A stretch of DNA of 64,000 nucleotides, taken from an uncultured Hyphomicrobiales bacterium (GTDB taxonomy: Bacteria; Bacteroidota; Ignavibacteria; Kapaibacteriales; UBA2268). The notes beneath the pieces are model-generated. The model made no database searches, was not told the DNA's origin, and was given only the letters and a program-made list of their open reading frames with translations. Shown here piece by piece: positions 8,998 through 18,853 of this stretch. Position 1 is the stretch's first letter, and every line of letters starts with the position of its first letter. The stretch lies in assembly GCA_964581505.1 (NCBI GenBank), contig CAZOOR010000003.1, forward strand, positions 19,659 to 83,658. Direction: 5' to 3'. The position numbers were made by a program, and so were the translations under genes.

Positions 8998-10075
8998 CAT
9001 TATGGAATTTTTTGATTTATTCAATATCTATTTACCTGTAGCTGGGACGGAATTCAATGTACTGCTGTTGCTGGCTATCGGCTTTTGCGTTGGGGTTCTC
9101 GGTGGTTTCTTCGGTGTCGGTGGTGCTTGGATTGTTACGCCTGCATTGAATATTTTCGGTTTTCCGATGCCATACGCAATAGGCACTGATTTTGCTCATA
9201 TCTTTGGTAAATCTATTGTTGCTACAAGAAAACATGGCAAGATGGGGAATGTCGATTGGAAATTGGGTTTCACTATTCCACTGGGTACAATACTTGGTGT
9301 AGAAATCGGCGCTCAATTTATTATGGCTCTCGAAGCATGGGGGAAAGACTTGGGCTACGACCTTGTCGGTAGTGTAGTTCGTTGGACTTATATTGTTATG
9401 CTTTTTGCCCTCTCTTCATGGATGTTCTATGATTATTTTGTAATTAGAAAACGTAGGGAGCAGGAAGTATTAAGAACTGATGAATCTACTAATATGCTTC
9501 CGAGAAAGAAAACTGTTATTGAGAAATTGCGTGATATTCATATTCCTCCGATGATTTCATATCCCAAGTCGGGTATTGAAGCTATTTCAATTTGGGTAAT
9601 TATTTTTATTTTCTTTTTTGCCGGACTGATTTCAGGCTTTCTCGGTGTTGGCGGCGGGTTTATCAAAATGCCAACTATGGTTTATCTTTTAGGATGTCCG
9701 ACTGCATTGGCGGTAGGAACAGACCTGTTTGTCGTTATGCTGGACGGTGCTTATGGTTGTTTTTCCTATGCTATGAAAGGACGTGTGGAGCTTTTCGCCG
9801 CAGTATTTATGCTTGTCGGTGCTTCAATTGGTGCCCAAATCGGTGTAACGGCAGTTAAATATATTCGTGGTTATGGTATTCGCCTGTTGTTTGCCGTTAT
9901 GATTGCATTTGCTGGTTTATCCGTCTTGCTTAAACAACTTGAAACAATGACCGGTTCGGTTGCTCTTTCAATTATTTCCGGCATTGTTATTATGGGTGCT
10001 TCGTATGCAATGACTATTATTATTATTTATAAGTTAATTAAAGAATCTCGCAAAGAGAGAATAAGTAATTTGTAA
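8990..10075 (+). CDS. TauE/SafE family (sulfite exporter-like) anion permease
   Basis: Two 4-TM repeats each containing a GxGGG motif (GGFFGVGGA and GFLGVGGG), separated by a charged cytoplasmic loop; 361 aa. Confidence 0.8.
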   Translation: MSSIMEFFDLFNIYLPVAGTEFNVLLLLAIGFCVGVLGGFFGVGGAWIVTPALNIFGFPMPYAIGTDFAHIFGKSIVATRKHGKMGNVDWKLGFTIPLGTILGVEIGAQFIMALEAWGKDLGYDLVGSVVRWTYIVMLFALSSWMFYDYFVIRKRREQEVLRTDESTNMLPRKKTVIEKLRDIHIPPMISYPKSGIEAISIWVIIFIFFFAGLISGFLGVGGGFIKMPTMVYLLGCPTALAVGTDLFVVMLDGAYGCFSYAMKGRVELFAAVFMLVGASIGAQIGVTAVKYIRGYGIRLLFAVMIAFAGLSVLLKQLETMTGSVALSIISGIVIMGASYAMTIIIIYKLIKESRKERISNL

Positions 10076-10082
10076 TATATGT

Positions 10083-12788
10083 ATGTATTTCCAATGCCGA
10101 AACCAATATAGTAAGCTTTCGGCATTTTCTTTTTTAATGATTTCTATGAATTGGCTCAAAAAAATATTCCGCAGGGAACGCCGCCAAATATTGACATTCA
10201 ACGAGAAGTTTAATTATTTTCAGGAACTTGTCAAGGCTAACGACCGCGCCCATCGTGCTATGAGCGAAATGGGGGAGATGATTGTGCAGGCTGAACCATT
10301 CTCTCGTAGCTACGCTGATAATGTGTACTATGAGTTGATTAAAAATACGCGGATTATTGTAGAAAATATTATTGCGATGAGCGGTGGTAAATATCAAACT
10401 TTACGCAAAAAAATCGAACATATTGAGAGAGTTGCTGAAGATATTTTTCATCCGAAATATTTCTGTTCCGATAGTTTCGATTGTATGACCCTTGATTGCG
10501 AAAATTGTTCAAAAAGGACTTTCTTTCCCGAAGATATTCCATATTACTATGATATGAGCGATATAGATTCATCTAAATACCTCGAAGTAGGGGATAAAAT
10601 GAGCAAACTGGGTGAAATTCGCAATGTCCTCGGTCTCCCTGTTCCCGATGGTTTTACTTTGACAATTCGTCTTTTCGAGGAAATATTGGCTAGTAATAAT
10701 TTGCGTAGCCGAAAGGATAAGATATTTGCCGATGTGGACTATTTGAATATTGCCCAAATCAGAAAAGCCTGCAAAGAGACAAATAATCTGTTTATGTGGA
10801 ATCCTTTACCTGAAAAGTTTCAAAATATTATTATGCAGTCTTATGCTAATAAATTTTCTGCTAATGATGTAAAACTTGCAGTCCGTTCAAGTGCATTGGG
10901 AGAAGACAGCGATAAATATTCATTTGCAGGTCTTCACCACACGGAGCTAAATGTTGGGCGTGCTGATTTCGCCGATGCAGTGTACAAAGTGTTTAGTTCA
11001 AAATATTCGCCGGAATCCGTTGTGTATCGTTTTATGAACGGCTTACGTGATGAAGATATGCCAATGAGCGTTTGTTGCCTCGAAATGGTTGCTCCTGTTG
11101 CCGCGGGAGTTTTATTCACTGCCGACCCGAACGGAGAAAAGAGCGGTGTGATTATTCAAGCAGTAAGAGGTCCGGGCGTGCTGGTTGTTGAGGGTTGTGT
11201 TACACCTCAGGAATACATTGTCGAGCATAATGAAAATGCAAGCATTCTTAGCTTTACTCAAGGGAAAGAAAGTGAAGAATCTATCCCGAAGAAATGGAAG
11301 GGACTTTACAAAGAATATCTTTCCGCTGTTCATTCGGAAATACCATGCTTAACAAATGAACAGGTCCGAACTCTGATTAAATATGCCTTAATAATTGAAA
11401 AGCATTTCGGCGGTCCTCAGGATATTGAATGGGCATTGGATAGAGACGGTAAGATATTTATCATTCAGGCACGCCCTTTGGCGATTAAAATGATTGTGCA
11501 TTCAGAAGATAAGGATTTTGACTATTCCTCAATCAATGATAAGTATAAACTTCTGCCGATTAGTGGAGAAACTGCAAGCCCGGGTATTGCCGCCGGTCCT
11601 GTACGGGTTATTAATTCTTCCGATGATTTTATCAATTTCCCGAAAAACGGTATTATAGTTGCAAAGAAGAATATCCCCGAATTTGCTTCGCTTATTCATA
11701 AGGCTTCCGGTGTTGTTACGGATTTCGGCAGTACTACCGGACATCTTTCGATTATTGCTCGCGAGATGGGTGTACCTATTTTGACTAATACTTTTAATGC
11801 AAGTGAAATATTAGTTGATGGTGATATTATTACTATTGTTCCTCACGCCGGCAAGGTGTATCAGGGATATGTTGAGGAGCTGATGCAATTCAAAGAAGAA
11901 TGCCGCAGTAATACGGAGATATTTAGGAATAGTCCATTATATAATATTTGGCATAGATTGTCTAAATATATTTTCAAATTAAATTTATATAATCCCGATG
12001 CGCAGAATTTTAATGCTTTGGGTTGTGAAACTCTGCATGACATTATTCGATTCTCCCACGAAAGTGCAATTAGGCTGATGTTCGGTAATTCGCGGGGTAT
12101 AAATACAGGTAGAGGGAAAATTTATAATTTACGTTTCGGATTGCCATTAGATATTTATGTAATTGATTTGAAGAATGGCTTAAAGCCGGACATCAAAACC
12201 GATTGGGTAACTCCCGATGAAATTCTTTCAAAACCATTCAGAGCTTTAATTAAAGGTATGACAACACCCGGATTAAAATGGTCGGGGCATTTGCCTATTG
12301 ACACAAAGGGTTTCTTCAGCATTATTGTCGGAAATATTGTTGACGAAAGCCGGAATGATAGTGAAATCGGGGCTAAGAGTTATGCTTTGGTTTCCGAGAA
12401 CTATTTTAATTTCTTTTCACGTCTGGGTTATCATTTTTCTCGAGTTGATTGTTTTGCTTCGGACGAACCGAACAGCAATTATATTAATTTCAACTTTCGA
12501 GGTGGGGCGGCAGTTATGACAAGAAAGGTCAGACGCATCAGAGCGATTCAATTAATCCTCGAACATTATGGTTTTTCAACCGATGTGCAAGATGATAATG
12601 TGATTGCAAGAATACGCAAAATACCCAAAGAATTGACTTATGAGTATGTCGAAATGCTTGGACGATTGATGGGTTCTATACGAAACACCGATGTCTCTAT
12701 GGTTACAAATCATCAAGTCGAACTATTTGTCAAATACTTTCTCGAAGGCGACCCCACGCCCGGATTGAGACTTATTGATTCCCAATAA
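10083..12788 (+). CDS. PEP-utilizing enzyme family phosphotransferase (PPDK_N ATP-grasp domain plus phosphohistidine swivel domain plus uncharacterised C-terminal domain)
   Basis: PPDK_N-like block ...GGPQDIEWALDRDGKIFIIQARPLA. Mobile domain GIIVAKKNIPEFASLIHKASGVVTDFGSTTGHLSIIAREMGVPIL with the conserved His. N-terminal Cx5Cx4Cx2C cluster. True start may be ATG 10137 (MISMNWLKK) rather than 10083, which nearly abuts the TauE stop. Confidence 0.75.
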   Translation: MYFQCRNQYSKLSAFSFLMISMNWLKKIFRRERRQILTFNEKFNYFQELVKANDRAHRAMSEMGEMIVQAEPFSRSYADNVYYELIKNTRIIVENIIAMSGGKYQTLRKKIEHIERVAEDIFHPKYFCSDSFDCMTLDCENCSKRTFFPEDIPYYYDMSDIDSSKYLEVGDKMSKLGEIRNVLGLPVPDGFTLTIRLFEEILASNNLRSRKDKIFADVDYLNIAQIRKACKETNNLFMWNPLPEKFQNIIMQSYANKFSANDVKLAVRSSALGEDSDKYSFAGLHHTELNVGRADFADAVYKVFSSKYSPESVVYRFMNGLRDEDMPMSVCCLEMVAPVAAGVLFTADPNGEKSGVIIQAVRGPGVLVVEGCVTPQEYIVEHNENASILSFTQGKESEESIPKKWKGLYKEYLSAVHSEIPCLTNEQVRTLIKYALIIEKHFGGPQDIEWALDRDGKIFIIQARPLAIKMIVHSEDKDFDYSSINDKYKLLPISGETASPGIAAGPVRVINSSDDFINFPKNGIIVAKKNIPEFASLIHKASGVVTDFGSTTGHLSIIAREMGVPILTNTFNASEILVDGDIITIVPHAGKVYQGYVEELMQFKEECRSNTEIFRNSPLYNIWHRLSKYIFKLNLYNPDAQNFNALGCETLHDIIRFSHESAIRLMFGNSRGINTGRGKIYNLRFGLPLDIYVIDLKNGLKPDIKTDWVTPDEILSKPFRALIKGMTTPGLKWSGHLPIDTKGFFSIIVGNIVDESRNDSEIGAKSYALVSENYFNFFSRLGYHFSRVDCFASDEPNSNYINFNFRGGAAVMTRKVRRIRAIQLILEHYGFSTDVQDDNVIARIRKIPKELTYEYVEMLGRLMGSIRNTDVSMVTNHQVELFVKYFLEGDPTPGLRLIDSQ

Positions 12789-12796
12789 AGACTTTT

Positions 12797-14872
12797 TTAT
12801 TTAATAGGTGTTTTGATTTCAATCATTACTGTTCTGCAATAGAACCTACCTTCCGGTAAATCATTATTATATTTCAAGACTTCGGCGCCCGTTCCCTGAA
12901 CCTGTACTATATTGATATTAGGTTCGATAGATTTGAGAAAATCCTTTACGGATTTAGCCCGCTCCAATGATAATTCCTTGTTATAATCAGCCTCACCAAG
13001 TCTGTCTGTTCCGCCTGTAATTTTTACGATTGAGTTCTTATGTATAGATGACTTAACAAAATCAATAATCAGTTTTTTGTTCAAACTACTAATATCTGAT
13101 TTGTCAAAATCAAAAACAATTAGGTTCAATCTGCCGACTTCAAATTGATTCTTTGACATACTGATTTTAATAGGTTCTTTTTTTGTTTCGCTTTTACCCG
13201 AAGCATTAGTTGCTTTATAAATAGCTTGCAGGTTGGCATTAGAAGATGCCGCTCGTCCGGCTTCGTTAATCAATATTTGATTTACAGGGATTTTGATGGC
13301 ATTATTCAGTCTGCCGTATCCTCTTAATTTACCGGAGCGATTTCTTTTAAAAATTTCGTTATTCTGTTTGTCAACAATAGATAGCTCCCAAGCTAAAATA
13401 TTCCTTTCGTTCATTGTAATATTTGCATTGATTGCCTCCTGTGTACTTGAGTATTCTAAGAATTTCGAATGAATGACAGGTGCTAATATTTCCGGTGAAT
13501 TACTATAAATTTCCACACGGCGGTTTTCTTCAAATCCTTCTTGATAACTATCAGATGTAGGCAATTCCGGTATATTCCGGGTTTTGATTTTAATTTTATT
13601 CGGATTAATTTCCCATTTGCTTATTAAGTACTGTTTAATATTATCAGCTCGTTGCTCGGCTAATACCAAGCGTTCTTCCGGTGATGAGCCTTCCTTGCCA
13701 TCACTGGTTCCGGTTAGTGTGATTTTGGCATCGGGGTATTTCTTCAGTCTGCTACCGACTATATCAAAAATATGATAGTAAATATCAATTGTATTAACAG
13801 GTAAATTGCTTTCGGCAAATTGAGTCGGCTCAATAGTTGATTTGTATTTACTTTTTAGTCTTGCATCGTTCTCATCAAAAAATACATACAGTAGTAATGG
13901 GTATGCTTGTGTAACTATTGTTTCCGTTAGACTAAAATCATCTACATTGAATTTCTCAATCAGAGGTTTCGGCTTTTCAATCACTTTTTTGGGTTCTATT
14001 TTGACAGGTTTTTTCTTAACTTCCTTTTTGACGATAATTATTTCTTCTTCTTTTTCAGGTTCTTTGATTTCGGGTTCAATCTCAATCGGGTGTTTAGTTG
14101 TACCAATAGGAATAGCCCAAAATGCAGTCACTCCTACACGTATAATATTTGTATTCCATTCAAAATCTGATGATATTGAATTGATGCCGTATCTGTATGA
14201 TATTTCCGGTGCTACAAAGAAATCCTTGTTTAGCTCAAATTCATAACCAAAACCAAGTGATGCACCCATTGCAGTACCTGCGCTATTCATATCACCCTCG
14301 GCAACTACATCTTCTTTATGTCCGCTTGGATTCAAAGCCCATTCGGGAGAAACTATTCTGGCTTTATATATATTATCGGAACTGAAAAGAGGATTGCCTG
14401 CATCAAAACCAAATCGCAAATATATCGGCAAATCATCGAATGGTAATGCTTTTAGTCCCAATTCAAAGTTTAAATATGTAAGCGTTGAAGAATGCGTATG
14501 TTGAACATATAAATCAGTATATTCATCTTTATCGGCATTGTAAACAATTCCGCCTTTTCTTACTTTTGCAAATTTAGAAGGGCGGTAGTCATAGCTTAGT
14601 CGTAAATCAACGGATAGACGATTATTAATAATAGAATAACCACTGAGAATACCGAAGAAATAACCGAGTGCGTCTCCATGGTCAAAATAACCGCAATCCG
14701 GCGACCCCGGAATATAAGGAATTTTAGCATAATGATTGAGCAAGTTAGCTCCTCCAAATACCCCAAACGTCATATATTTTGTGTTTTTATCTAAATTATG
14801 TTGAGCTTCCGCTTTCTCAACAGAACCGACTAATAATATTACCATTAATACAAAAGTAAAAAAGCTTTTCAT
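12797..14872 (-). CDS. OmpA family outer-membrane protein with N-terminal beta-barrel and two C-terminal OmpA-like domains
   Basis: Signal peptide. K/E/P-rich linker (IEPEIKEPEKEEEIIIVKKEVKKKPVKIEPKK). OmpA-like segments LVLAEQRADNIKQYL...NRRVEIY and LSLERAKSVKDFL...GRFYCRTVMIEI. Confidence 0.8.
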   Translation of the reverse strand: MKSFFTFVLMVILLVGSVEKAEAQHNLDKNTKYMTFGVFGGANLLNHYAKIPYIPGSPDCGYFDHGDALGYFFGILSGYSIINNRLSVDLRLSYDYRPSKFAKVRKGGIVYNADKDEYTDLYVQHTHSSTLTYLNFELGLKALPFDDLPIYLRFGFDAGNPLFSSDNIYKARIVSPEWALNPSGHKEDVVAEGDMNSAGTAMGASLGFGYEFELNKDFFVAPEISYRYGINSISSDFEWNTNIIRVGVTAFWAIPIGTTKHPIEIEPEIKEPEKEEEIIIVKKEVKKKPVKIEPKKVIEKPKPLIEKFNVDDFSLTETIVTQAYPLLLYVFFDENDARLKSKYKSTIEPTQFAESNLPVNTIDIYYHIFDIVGSRLKKYPDAKITLTGTSDGKEGSSPEERLVLAEQRADNIKQYLISKWEINPNKIKIKTRNIPELPTSDSYQEGFEENRRVEIYSNSPEILAPVIHSKFLEYSSTQEAINANITMNERNILAWELSIVDKQNNEIFKRNRSGKLRGYGRLNNAIKIPVNQILINEAGRAASSNANLQAIYKATNASGKSETKKEPIKISMSKNQFEVGRLNLIVFDFDKSDISSLNKKLIIDFVKSSIHKNSIVKITGGTDRLGEADYNKELSLERAKSVKDFLKSIEPNINIVQVQGTGAEVLKYNNDLPEGRFYCRTVMIEIKTPIK

Positions 14873-14958
14873 AATAACTACACTTTTTTTGAAACCAATT
14901 TTTATTAAAGAGTTAATTATTATTTTTTTATTTTAATTTTTTTAACAAGGCATAAATT

Positions 14959-15981
14959 ATGATTGATTTAAGAAGCGATACAATTACAAAACCAACTCCG
15001 TCAATGCTTGATGCAATTATGAGTGCTTCTCTTGGTGATGATGTGTTCGGCGAAGACCCGACTACTAATGAGTTGCAGGATTATATTGCCGATTTATTCG
15101 GTAAGGAAGCCGCTCTTTTTGTTTCTTCCGGTACTATGGGTAATCAGCTTGGAATAAAAGTTTTGACAAATCCCGGAGATGAAATAATTGTCGAGGCTCA
15201 ATCGCATATTTTTTTCTATGAAACCGCCGCTCCTTCCCTCATTTCGGGGGTGCAATTGAACACTGTTAATTCCGAGCGTGGAATGATGAAAATTGATGAT
15301 ATAGAGAATGCAATTAGACCCGATACTTATTATTTTCCGAAAACTTCATTAATTGCTCTGGAAAATACGCATAATCGGCATAGTGGAACGATACTTTCAC
15401 TTGCTCATATTGAAGAAGTATATTCTTTTGCAAAGGAGAAAAATTTGAAACTACACCTTGACGGCGCGCGTTTGTGGAATGCACTCGCCGCTACAGATAC
15501 CGAGCCGGCAGAGTGGGCTAAATATTTCGACACACTTACTATTTGTTTTAGTAAAGGATTGGGTGCTCCCGCCGGTTCTATCTTGCTCGCTAATAAAGAG
15601 AATATTGAGAAGGCTCGTCATTGGCGGAAAATATTGGGCGGTGGAATGAGGCAGTCCGGAATTCTTGCGGCGGCGGCTCTCTATGCTGTTCGGCATAACT
15701 TATCCCAAATTGCCGAAGACAATAGGAATGCCCGTTTCTTTGCCGAAAAAATATCAACAGCCGAAAATATCAATGTTGATTTATCAAGGGTTGAGACAAA
15801 TATTGTTTATTTTGATTATTTGGGAGATAAGGAAATTGCGGATTTTGTTAATTGCTGCGAAGACGAGGGATTGAAAATGTTTGCTACGGGTAAAAATACT
15901 GTTAGAGCGGTTTTCCATCTACATATATCAAGGAATGATGTAGATGTTGCCGCTGAAATTGTGAGACATTGTGCCGATTAA
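14959..15981 (+). CDS. ltaE: low-specificity L-threonine aldolase
   Basis: MIDLRSDTITKPTPSMLDAIMSASLGDDVFGEDPTTNELQ...SSGTMGNQL; PLP-fold threonine aldolase signature, 340 aa. Confidence 0.85.
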   Translation: MIDLRSDTITKPTPSMLDAIMSASLGDDVFGEDPTTNELQDYIADLFGKEAALFVSSGTMGNQLGIKVLTNPGDEIIVEAQSHIFFYETAAPSLISGVQLNTVNSERGMMKIDDIENAIRPDTYYFPKTSLIALENTHNRHSGTILSLAHIEEVYSFAKEKNLKLHLDGARLWNALAATDTEPAEWAKYFDTLTICFSKGLGAPAGSILLANKENIEKARHWRKILGGGMRQSGILAAAALYAVRHNLSQIAEDNRNARFFAEKISTAENINVDLSRVETNIVYFDYLGDKEIADFVNCCEDEGLKMFATGKNTVRAVFHLHISRNDVDVAAEIVRHCAD

Positions 15982-16063
15982 GTTTTCTATTAAAAAATAA
16001 ATAACTATCCAAATAGTCAAATCTATTGAAATGATAGGATATTAATAAAATGTAAAATTATTT

Positions 16064-16546
16064 ATGGCGCTTCGTAAAATTATTATTGCGGAAGAATTAA
16101 AAAAATTCAGACATCATTACCACGGCAAAGTTCAGTTCAGCGAAGTGGATTCTTTTGGCGTAACTCATAACTTGGTTTATTGCTATTGGTTGGAATGGGC
16201 TAGGACAGATTATCTCCGTTCTATCGGGTTGAAGATGAGTCCGCAGACATTACTGAAAGAGCATCCGCTAATGACAGTACATTCTGATATTGATTATTTT
16301 TCTTCATTACGCTTCAATGATGAATACGAAGTACTCTCTCGAATTGCATGGGTAAAGCAAAGTTCTCTTTGTTTTGAAAATTACATACGCAATAATAGGG
16401 GAGATGTAATTGTATCTGCAAGCACCATTCTGGTGAATGTATCGCCGAAAACCGGTGAATCTGTACCTCTTGATGAGGATTTAAGAAGATTAATTACTAG
16501 CTATGAACAGGATAATGTAAAATTTATTAAATCGAAGAATGAGTAA
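16064..16546 (+). CDS. acyl-CoA thioesterase, 4HBT/YbgC-like hotdog fold
   Basis: VQFSEVDSFGVTHNLVYCYWLEWARTDYL matches the YbgC/FadM-type N-terminal motif; 160 aa. Confidence 0.7.
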   Translation: MALRKIIIAEELKKFRHHYHGKVQFSEVDSFGVTHNLVYCYWLEWARTDYLRSIGLKMSPQTLLKEHPLMTVHSDIDYFSSLRFNDEYEVLSRIAWVKQSSLCFENYIRNNRGDVIVSASTILVNVSPKTGESVPLDEDLRRLITSYEQDNVKFIKSKNE

Positions 16547-17006
16547 ATTGAAAAAAATAAAATTAGAGGGGGAACGCGACCTACTCCCTTTGAAAGAAGA
16601 TGTAAAAATTGCCGCTTTTGCAATAATCAAAAGCGATGACCTCGAAAATGAAGTTCTGTTTTTTCGCTATTTGGCACAGGCTTTCATAGCTGATATTGAT
16701 TTCGGCTTTATTAATGAGAATATTACACCTCACGATATCGAAGCTATTAAGTCGGGAATTCTCGAATCCGATGTTGTTATTTTCCTTATTTTATTTCCGT
16801 CTAAGTCGGCTCAGTCGCTAAATAATGATTTACTCCCTGTATTATCGGATTTTAGTGAAAAGAAAAAATGTATTATTGTATCTAATGCATCGCTCGAAAT
16901 CCTTCCTGCCAATAGTTCTAATCTATTGCTATTACTCCAAGATACGAGTGAAAAATCTTTGGTCTCGGCTATTGTTGAACTAAGCGGAAAATCTATTGGC
17001 GATTAA
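16539..17006 (+). CDS. hypothetical protein, predicted alpha/beta (Rossmann-like) fold
   Basis: 155 aa. Overlaps the thioesterase gene by 8 nt. Alternating hydrophobic beta-like stretches (VKIAAFAII, VVIFLILF, KCIIVSNAS). No recognised motif. Confidence 0.4.
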   Translation: MSKLKKIKLEGERDLLPLKEDVKIAAFAIIKSDDLENEVLFFRYLAQAFIADIDFGFINENITPHDIEAIKSGILESDVVIFLILFPSKSAQSLNNDLLPVLSDFSEKKKCIIVSNASLEILPANSSNLLLLLQDTSEKSLVSAIVELSGKSIGD

Positions 17007-17110
17007 CCTACTGCTTTTAACATAGATTGAGTTTAATTAATTGACAATTTATTCTTAAATTTGTTTCTTATATATACTCATAAAATTGATAATTATTAAT
17101 AATTGAATAA

Positions 17111-18841
17111 GTGTTTATGAAAAGATTAACAATTGTTAGCTTATGCTTTTTATTGTTTGTAGGGAATTTGCTTTTTTCGCAAGTAAAGGGATTTTCGCCA
17201 ATTAATACGGAAAGTCTTTTGCAGGAGCAGTTTTCGGCTAAATTCAATCAGCAGAATATCTTTGATAGAAATCAAATGCCTCTCGGCGATGTGATTGTTC
17301 CAAAATATTATTTTGTAGGACCGGGCGATATTCTGGCTGTTCAAAATTTAACAACAAGTAATACAACGCAATATCTTACTGTTACACCGGAGAATTCCGT
17401 CTTAATCCCGAGAATCGGTAAGATTTCGCTTGAAGGTATGACTTTGGAAGATGTAAGTAAAGCTATTATCAATGCTTTCAAAGAGCGAAATTCTAAAGCA
17501 ATTATTTATACTTCATTGTTTAAGCCCAGAAATGTAATAGTTACACTCAGGGGAAATGTTGACGTAAAAGGTAGTTTTATTGTTCCGGCTTCATATCGGG
17601 TTTCTACTGCAATCTCTATGCTGAATCAGCCCAAACGCGAAAATATTACTGCTCAGATGATGGGCTATATGTCGGTCAAACAAATTGCTCATGACTATTC
17701 TGCAAAACAATATAGAAAGTCCGGTATTCCTGTTCCTATTGCATATTCACGTAGAAATGTCGCCGTCCTACATAATGACGGCACTAGCACAAGCGTTGAT
17801 ATTGAGGGCGCCGCTGTTACGGGAAATATTGAGTTAGACCCTTATGTCAGGGAAAACGATATTATTTCTATTCCTGCCGAGCCGCTGTCATATCCTGAAA
17901 TTTCCATTTCCGGCTCGGTTATTCGTCCCGTTCGCCTGCCTTACAAGGAAGGTGACAATATATCGAATTTATTAAAATTCGGTTACGGCTTTACAGATGA
18001 AGCCGACTTAAATAATATTGTGATTAGTTATAATAACGGTAGAAGTAACAAATTGTCAATAAATGACAAACTGGAAGCCGCTAATGCGAATATTAAAATT
18101 GAACCGGGGGCATCGATTATTGTTAGGCAGAAGAAAGAAATATTTAAGAATACTTGTATCGTATCGGTTCAGGGCTGTGTAGAGCAACCGGGTAGTTATT
18201 TGATTGAAGGTGATAGCGTCAGGCTATATGATATTATTAAAAAAGCCGGAGGTTTTACAGACCGAGCATATTTGCCGCTGGCGTATATTTTGCGTAATAG
18301 TAAAGAGTTTAATAATCCTCAATTTCCTGCTTGGTCAATTGCAGAGCAGTTCCAATATAGCGACTTACTTCTTGAGGATACTACTCGATTCCACTTGGAT
18401 ATTAATTATAAAAAACCGCTTGTTTCCTGTGATTTTGTCGATGCTTTTATTCATAAAAATAAAAAAGCGAATATATTACTTCACGATGGTGATGTGATTA
18501 TTGTTCCCGATAATCCGAAAACGGTATTTGTTTACGGACAGGTAAATAATCCGGGGTATATTACCTTTCAGCCCGGTAAAACAATGGAATGGTATATCGA
18601 ACAAGCGGGCGGTTATGCCATTAATGCAGAAGATACACGTGCAAGAATTATTGACGGTCGCACAAAGGTATGGCGGGAAGGTAACGAAAATGTTTTTTTA
18701 AATGCCGGCGATGAGGTTTATGTACCAAAGCCGCCCGATGTTTCGCAGGGTGTTAAAATTCAGACTTGGGCTATTATCATTAGTGGTATTGCTACGGCGG
18801 CTTCGTTAATTAGTTTTATTATCTCAATCGTAAGAAACTAA
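17111..18841 (+). CDS. polysaccharide biosynthesis/export protein (Wza/KpsD-like) with multiple SLBB domains and C-terminal TM anchor
   Basis: Signal peptide. GPGDILAV motif. SLBB-like VFVYGQVNNPGYITFQPGKTMEWYIEQAGG. C-terminal hydrophobic helix IQTWAIIISGIATAASLISFIISIV. Confidence 0.8.
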   Translation: MFMKRLTIVSLCFLLFVGNLLFSQVKGFSPINTESLLQEQFSAKFNQQNIFDRNQMPLGDVIVPKYYFVGPGDILAVQNLTTSNTTQYLTVTPENSVLIPRIGKISLEGMTLEDVSKAIINAFKERNSKAIIYTSLFKPRNVIVTLRGNVDVKGSFIVPASYRVSTAISMLNQPKRENITAQMMGYMSVKQIAHDYSAKQYRKSGIPVPIAYSRRNVAVLHNDGTSTSVDIEGAAVTGNIELDPYVRENDIISIPAEPLSYPEISISGSVIRPVRLPYKEGDNISNLLKFGYGFTDEADLNNIVISYNNGRSNKLSINDKLEAANANIKIEPGASIIVRQKKEIFKNTCIVSVQGCVEQPGSYLIEGDSVRLYDIIKKAGGFTDRAYLPLAYILRNSKEFNNPQFPAWSIAEQFQYSDLLLEDTTRFHLDINYKKPLVSCDFVDAFIHKNKKANILLHDGDVIIVPDNPKTVFVYGQVNNPGYITFQPGKTMEWYIEQAGGYAINAEDTRARIIDGRTKVWREGNENVFLNAGDEVYVPKPPDVSQGVKIQTWAIIISGIATAASLISFIISIVRN

Positions 18842-18853
18842 ATACAAATTTTT

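Noticed and set aside
9592-9858. 88-aa Cys/Arg-rich ORF in an alternative plus-strand frame inside the TauE gene
   Set aside because: Composition is typical of an off-frame reading of a membrane-protein gene. The overlapping TauE frame carries both GxGGG repeats.
10083-10137. Alternative start for the PEP-utilizing gene (ATG 10083 versus ATG 10137)
   Set aside because: Cannot be resolved from sequence alone. The first 18 codons (MYFQCRNQYSKLSAFSFL) look non-conserved, and 10083 sits only 8 nt after the TauE stop. Noted in the feature, not a separate finding.
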